Shown: positions 59,167 to 64,000 of the stretch, one piece after another
Position numbering within the stretch: position 1 is the stretch's first letter
Layout of the letters: every line of letters begins with the position of its first letter
Source of the DNA: a virus
DNA: 64,000 nucleotides
IMG/VR virus record: IMGVR_UViG_3300027608_000013
Strand: one strand, 5' to 3'
Made by a program: the position numbers and the translations under genes
Notes under the pieces: generated by a model
Database searches by the model: none
The model's input: the letters and a program-made list of their open reading frames with translations, nothing else
What the model was told of the DNA's origin: nothing

Positions 59167-59781
59167 ATGAGTAGAATAAAATTAAAATACAGTGAATCAG
59201 AAATTTCGAATAATTTATATACATTCGGCGATGAATTCATGACATCTGATAAACAAGAGTATAAAGGTTTATATCATCAATACAACATAACAAATGAAAC
59301 ATATACTGGTGCAACGTGGAATGAATCTACATCTAAACGCTTATGGCCATTAATAAAAGAATCGGAACTAGTTGCTGCATATAATACAATTAAAAAACAA
59401 TCAACAACTAAATTCGATGCAATCGTACCGGTGCAAATTACCATAACGCCGCAAGATGCAACCAACGGATATATTTATAGATACTTTTTAAAAAAATCAA
59501 ACGAACTAGTATATATTGAAATAGATCAAAAACAATATAATGCATATCAACGCAGTTTAGATACAAATTTATATATTGCAAGTGCAGTTAAATGGTACAT
59601 TGCCGGTCCAAAAGAAACACAATCACAACCCGTACAAATTCCTGGTGTTGTAGAATTAAATACAAAAGCTATTACTGAACTACAAACCAAATTACCAGGT
59701 ATTTCGCAAAAATTAACAAATCCATTAGAATTCTATACAGATACAGATTTTGTTGTTCCGCGCGACATTAATCTTGGATAA
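59167..59781 (+). CDS. Hypothetical protein
   Basis: ORF closing the hub cluster; start reassigned to the ATG at 59167. Confidence 0.5.
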   Translation: MSRIKLKYSESEISNNLYTFGDEFMTSDKQEYKGLYHQYNITNETYTGATWNESTSKRLWPLIKESELVAAYNTIKKQSTTKFDAIVPVQITITPQDATNGYIYRYFLKKSNELVYIEIDQKQYNAYQRSLDTNLYIASAVKWYIAGPKETQSQPVQIPGVVELNTKAITELQTKLPGISQKLTNPLEFYTDTDFVVPRDINLG

Positions 59782-59802
59782 TTCTATTTTTTTTCATATT
59801 AT
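59774..59802 (+). promoter_or_regulatory. Sigma70-type promoter of polymerase operon
   Basis: TTGGAT-N17-TATTAT, ending 6 nt before the ATG. Confidence 0.7.
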
Positions 59803-59808
59803 TCTAGT

Positions 59809-61131
59809 ATGATACTAGACCATGAACAAGATGTACTAAACTTATTAGATCGATGTGTCGATACTAAAATGTTGCTTGTTCCAATATTTGCTAGTCCTAC
59901 AATACATGTTTCACAGAATCCATTAATTGCAATATACATATATACTGCCGAGGGAGAAGAATGTATTATACCGATACGACATACTGAACAACTAAGGGGC
60001 TTTACTGAACTTGTCCCGAAGTTTTTACAATTACGCAATATCTTTATCCATGACAAGAAGCAATGGATTCAAACGGGAGGAAACTGCGATGTATGGGATG
60101 TTAAAACTTTGTGGTGGTATACATATGGAGAAGCTTATGACGAAGCCCATTATCCAACCCCAGCACATCAATTTTATTGGAGGAGACATTCGGCTTTGCC
60201 CCATGTAAATGCTATTGTACCTTTGCAAAAACATTTAGAAATGTGTCAAAAAATACGGCACTATGCTTGGCCAATGTGTATGAATGTAGAATTGACAGAA
60301 TCTTATAAGCATTTCAATGACATATATCCACAAGTATTTGCTACAATTGAATCCGCTGGGTTGCAAATCAATGAAACATTTCGTATGCCCGAAATAGTAA
60401 AAGATGGGTTTGTATATTCACAATACAATTATCATACAATGACAGGTCGACCTAGTAATGCATATCGAGGATTCAATTATGCTGCAATGAATAAAGAAGA
60501 TGGTACTCGTTCAGCATTTTGTAGTCGCTTTGAAAATGGTGCATTAGTTGAAATGGACTTTGATTCATACCATGTTAGATTGATTGCTAAGCTTATAAGA
60601 TATGAATTGCCAGTATCATCAATACATGATTATCTAGGACAATTTTATTTTGATGTAACGGAATTAACCGAAGAACAAAGGGCAGAAAGCAAACAAATAA
60701 CATTTAGATTGTTGTATGGAGGAATTGATTCTGAATTTTTAGCAATACCATTTTTCAGGCAAGTAAACGCATTTATATATGATTTATGGAGTAAATGGAA
60801 ATCAAAGCATTATGTAGAAACTCCGGTGCTTAAACGACGCCTAACTGCGGATGCATTAAAGAATATGACTGCAAACAAATTGTTTAATTACTATTTACAA
60901 GCAACCGAAACCGAAGTATCTGTGCAAAAGTTGCACCAAGTACAAGAATTAATTAAAGACTATGAAACTGCAATGATTTTGTATACATATGATTCTGTGC
61001 TATTTGATGTTCCTTTATCGGAAGCAAAAGACCTGTTACCGGAAATCAAAACTATTTTAGAACAAGGAAACTTCCCGGTTAAATGTAAAGTTGGCAATAT
61101 TTATGATAAAATAAAAACTATCTCGTTATGA
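59809..61131 (+). CDS. Compact family A DNA polymerase-like protein
   Basis: TMTGRPS; motif A LVEMDFDSYHVRLIA; motif B RAESKQITFRLLYG; NYYLQ; motif C YTYDS. Confidence 0.8.
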   Translation: MILDHEQDVLNLLDRCVDTKMLLVPIFASPTIHVSQNPLIAIYIYTAEGEECIIPIRHTEQLRGFTELVPKFLQLRNIFIHDKKQWIQTGGNCDVWDVKTLWWYTYGEAYDEAHYPTPAHQFYWRRHSALPHVNAIVPLQKHLEMCQKIRHYAWPMCMNVELTESYKHFNDIYPQVFATIESAGLQINETFRMPEIVKDGFVYSQYNYHTMTGRPSNAYRGFNYAAMNKEDGTRSAFCSRFENGALVEMDFDSYHVRLIAKLIRYELPVSSIHDYLGQFYFDVTELTEEQRAESKQITFRLLYGGIDSEFLAIPFFRQVNAFIYDLWSKWKSKHYVETPVLKRRLTADALKNMTANKLFNYYLQATETEVSVQKLHQVQELIKDYETAMILYTYDSVLFDVPLSEAKDLLPEIKTILEQGNFPVKCKVGNIYDKIKTISL

Positions 61132-62372
61132 ACATAGATTTAATACTCACTGAATGGTGTTATCGATTACCAAAAGGATATCCTACGACTCCTAAAGATT
61201 ACGAGGTATTATATCAAGTAATCATAGAATTTGCAAATGTTACTCCAGATTATGCTCGTCAAATTGTTGAGCGCGCAAAAGGTAACGTAAAACAAATTAT
61301 TGCAGAATCAATTCAATTTGATTCTATAGAAAATCAACTATTAGTAGATGCTATAACATCAGTTGGTAAATCTGAACAATTTCAAACGTTTTTAAGTTTA
61401 CTTCCAACAGAAGCAAATACTGCTACATTACAATTTTTAAATAATTTACAACAAGAACAGTGCAATGAATTTGCCAATATATTGTATTCACAAAACAATG
61501 TTAATGAAGATCAATTAAATCGAACTAATTTCCAAACAGGCGTAAGCTTAGATTTATTTAGATTGGAACCAAAAGGTTTAGGTAAAGGTGAAATATTTTT
61601 ATCTGCATTAATTGAAAATGCAAAAATCAACGGTGGCGGTGAAAGCTTTGATATGACAGTAAACGGACTGCCATATGAAATTAAAGATTACACCGGAGGA
61701 AAAGGTAACGCAAAATCAATACGATTAGGAACTAAAGGTAGTGTTACTCGATTCAAATTTTGGGATGAAATTGTAACCACATTGAAACGAATTGATCAAT
61801 TGCGCGGTCCAATGGAAAATCGAAAATTTGATTTCCGCAAATATTTTGATCAACCTTTTCTAGAAGCAATTGCTTATTTAGATAATCGACGTCAATTCAT
61901 AATGGCAGGTAATCTAAACATGAAAGACAAACAATATTTAGATCAATTTTATCAAGAAGCTAATGCATTGAATTCTGACATAGCAGGATATACCAATGTT
62001 ATATTGCGCGGACCAAACGCAACGCCTATCGAAATGTCAATTGAACCTATCACAAAAACACCAGACGGATCAATTATTATAAAACCAATTGACGATGGCA
62101 GCCAAGATATAACATATATCAACGCAGAATTACGACGTTTAAAATATGTACGAGACCCATCTCAATTAAATGTTGATCTGCAACAAGCAGTAGACGAAAT
62201 AATAGGATCAGATTTACAATTCATAGTTTTTAGAAAAGATAGAATTCGTGTTACAAGTGATTTCCGCTATGTAGTAATTGACGCCGGGAAGATAAGAATA
62301 ATTGAAAAGGCTATCGGCGCAGATAAAATTGATTTAACAGATACTGAAATAACCGAGGAATATGAATTTTGA
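61128..62372 (+). CDS. Hypothetical protein with PD-(D/E)xK nuclease-like core
   Basis: GKGEIFL...SFDMTVNGLPYEIKDY; N-terminal ILTEWCYRLPKGYP module ending in IIAE. Confidence 0.45.
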   Translation: MNIDLILTEWCYRLPKGYPTTPKDYEVLYQVIIEFANVTPDYARQIVERAKGNVKQIIAESIQFDSIENQLLVDAITSVGKSEQFQTFLSLLPTEANTATLQFLNNLQQEQCNEFANILYSQNNVNEDQLNRTNFQTGVSLDLFRLEPKGLGKGEIFLSALIENAKINGGGESFDMTVNGLPYEIKDYTGGKGNAKSIRLGTKGSVTRFKFWDEIVTTLKRIDQLRGPMENRKFDFRKYFDQPFLEAIAYLDNRRQFIMAGNLNMKDKQYLDQFYQEANALNSDIAGYTNVILRGPNATPIEMSIEPITKTPDGSIIIKPIDDGSQDITYINAELRRLKYVRDPSQLNVDLQQAVDEIIGSDLQFIVFRKDRIRVTSDFRYVVIDAGKIRIIEKAIGADKIDLTDTEITEEYEF

Positions 62373-62755
62373 AAACCCAACTACTTTGCACATTTGCACA
62401 TAGATCAGACTTAAACATTGTTATAGATTACATACAGCAAAGTTATATTATTCCGGAACAGCGAATATTTGTATTTGCAAATGCAGAAGCTGCAGAAAAT
62501 TTATATTGTACATACAATGCAGATGCAACTACACAACGGGGTCAAAACACAATAAGCATACATCGTAAAAAGGAAACAAATACATTATATACCGTAAATG
62601 CATTGAATGAGATAATTCGATCGGTAAACAACGGCGTATTAGACAAAACTTATCAATTGGATTGGACGATATATAAAAATTCCTTTATCCTTACCGATGA
62701 AGCCGGATACCGGGTAATTGACCTTGTTTTCTTCAAGAAAATTGGATGGCGTTAA
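62369..62755 (+). CDS. Hypothetical protein (TTG start)
   Basis: 128 aa, overlapping the upstream stop; HRKKETNTLYTVNALN. Confidence 0.55.
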   Translation: MKTQLLCTFAHRSDLNIVIDYIQQSYIIPEQRIFVFANAEAAENLYCTYNADATTQRGQNTISIHRKKETNTLYTVNALNEIIRSVNNGVLDKTYQLDWTIYKNSFILTDEAGYRVIDLVFFKKIGWR

Positions 62756-62763
62756 TATTTATA
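62755..62763 (+). promoter_or_regulatory. Putative late promoter motif
   Basis: ATATTTATA overlapping a TAA stop. Confidence 0.6.
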
Positions 62764-62774
62764 TATAGGATATA

Positions 62775-63125
62775 ATGATGATAAAATTAAAAAATTTACT
62801 TAACGAACAAGGCTCAAATAATGTTAGTCTGAAACGTATACGATCTAACAAATTGGGCAAAGGCAACAAATTGGGCATAGGCCAACGAGAAGACACGTTT
62901 ATCGTTACTATTTCATATAATGGCAACCCAGACAAACAATACAAAATTGAGGTATATAGATTCATTGAAAATGAAGAATCGGGAACAACGGTATATTTTC
63001 AAGATGAAGACATAATGGATAATGAAGATTCGATTGATGAATTCAATGGCATTGAAAATCAAGATGTATATCAAGCAGTATTAGATTTTTATGAGTCAAC
63101 GGAACAAAAACCAGAATATAATTAA
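62775..63125 (+). CDS. Hypothetical protein with MIKLKNLLNE leader
   Basis: 116 aa with acidic C-terminus; late motif upstream. Confidence 0.55.
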   Translation: MMIKLKNLLNEQGSNNVSLKRIRSNKLGKGNKLGIGQREDTFIVTISYNGNPDKQYKIEVYRFIENEESGTTVYFQDEDIMDNEDSIDEFNGIENQDVYQAVLDFYESTEQKPEYN

Positions 63126-63149
63126 TTTATAAATTAAAAAAGTAATATT

Positions 63150-63425
63150 ATGAAAAAAAATATTTTAGCTGAAAATATGCGCCGGTTTGGCACTAAAAAT
63201 ATAAATGAAGTAGAAACTTCTACGCTTACAGGGGATGATTTAAAAACATATGATTATATAATCAAAGCAATTGCAGATAAACTTGTAATTACTACTGATG
63301 AAATTGATGATTTTACTGATCAGGTAGATAAACAATATTATTTACGAGAATTTAAAAAAATCATAACATCTATAAATGAACTAACAAATGATATCCAACA
63401 AGAAATGGGAAATCAAGCTGGATAG
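63150..63425 (+). CDS. Hypothetical protein with ILAE/NINE leader
   Basis: 91 aa ORF. Confidence 0.5.
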   Translation: MKKNILAENMRRFGTKNINEVETSTLTGDDLKTYDYIIKAIADKLVITTDEIDDFTDQVDKQYYLREFKKIITSINELTNDIQQEMGNQAG

Positions 63426-63449
63426 TATTTAAAAAATTAACCAATTAAC

Positions 63450-63478
63450 TTTGATTTACCCCATTAATTATCTATATT
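63450..63478 (+). promoter_or_regulatory. Sigma70-type promoter of SSB gene
   Basis: TTTGAT-N17-TATATT, flanked by ATTAACCAATTAAC direct repeats. Confidence 0.6.
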
Positions 63479-63523
63479 ATAATTAATATTTTATTTTATT
63501 AACCAATTAACAAAAGGCAAAAA

Positions 63524-64000
63524 ATGGCTTTAAATTTAGACGCTATCAAGGCGAAGCTCAATCAGTTAAACAAATCTGATGACAAAAAACAAAATTTGTG
63601 GAAACCTGAAGCAGGTAAAACGCGAGTAAGAATTGTACCGTATGTACATCGCAAAGACAATCCATTCTTAGAATTATATTTTCATTATGACATCGGAAAA
63701 AGATCTATGTTATCACCAATCACATTTGGTAATGCAGATCCAATTGTAGAATTTGCAGACAAACTTAAAAAGACTGGCGATAAAGATGAATGGTTGATGG
63801 GTCGTAAGATTGAACCAAAAATGAGAACTTATGTTCCTGTTATTGTTCGTGGAAAAGAATCGGAAGGGGTTAAATTCTGGGGATTTGGTAAGACAATTTA
63901 CACAGAACTTCTTTCTATTATTTCAGATGCAGATTATGGTGACATTACGGATTTGATGAATGGTCGTGATATTGATGTAGAATTTACTCCAGCAGAAGGC
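63524..64000 (+). CDS. Single-stranded DNA-binding protein, T4 gp32-like (3'-truncated; not in ORF track)
   Basis: MALNLDAIKAKL...LWKPEAGKTRVRIVP...PFLELYFHY...EGVKFWGFGKTIY...YGDITDLMNGRDI. Confidence 0.85.
   Translation, partial: MALNLDAIKAKLNQLNKSDDKKQNLWKPEAGKTRVRIVPYVHRKDNPFLELYFHYDIGKRSMLSPITFGNADPIVEFADKLKKTGDKDEWLMGRKIEPKMRTYVPVIVRGKESEGVKFWGFGKTIYTELLSIISDADYGDITDLMNGRDIDVEFTPAEG

Noticed and set aside
2315-62763. Late motif read as an archaeal TATA box (archaeal virus)
   Set aside because: bS21, -35/-10 promoters and bacterial-type intrinsic terminators indicate a bacterial host.
1-64000. Minus-strand and nested short ORFs in the ORF track
   Set aside because: They lie inside or antisense to long, motif-supported + strand genes and show no recognisable motifs or regulatory signals.
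1-64000. Stop-codon reassignment (alternative genetic code)
   Set aside because: Genes are full length and densely packed in the standard code; TAA, TGA and TAG all end genes at sensible boundaries.

Overview
This is a 64-kb, AT-rich, gene-dense segment of a large T4-like (myovirus-type) phage genome, with all credible genes on the + strand in the standard code. It holds nearly the whole morphogenesis module: baseplate wedge and hub, terminase, portal, prohead protease, scaffold, major capsid, neck, fibre-like proteins, sheath, tube and tape measure. Replication and recombination genes are interleaved (T7 endonuclease I-like resolvase, primase, fused Mre11-Rad50, compact family A polymerase, gp32-like SSB), along with PhoH and ribosomal protein bS21. 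The bS21 C-terminus and a Q-rule-type signal peptide suggest a Bacteroidota host (inference). Two promoter classes are visible: TTGGAT-N17-TAT(A/T)(A/T)T (6 copies) and ATATTTAT(A/T) (17 intergenic or gene-junction sites). The most interesting candidates are: (1) a possible translational switch, in which bS21 is made just ahead of Shine-Dalgarno-bearing late structural genes while primase and polymerase mRNAs look leaderless; (2) a set of proteins with a shared MIxLKxLLxE leader or L/I-x-E protease sites that look like capsid-packaged effectors (minimal kinase, NTase-ligase polyprotein, nuclease); (3) a +1/-2 frameshift joining gp26- and gp51-like ORFs; (4) four tandem paralogous beta-helical fibre genes; and (5) a virion-wide [ST]-[GAS]-S motif. 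All functional calls come from motif recognition by eye; no searches were run.
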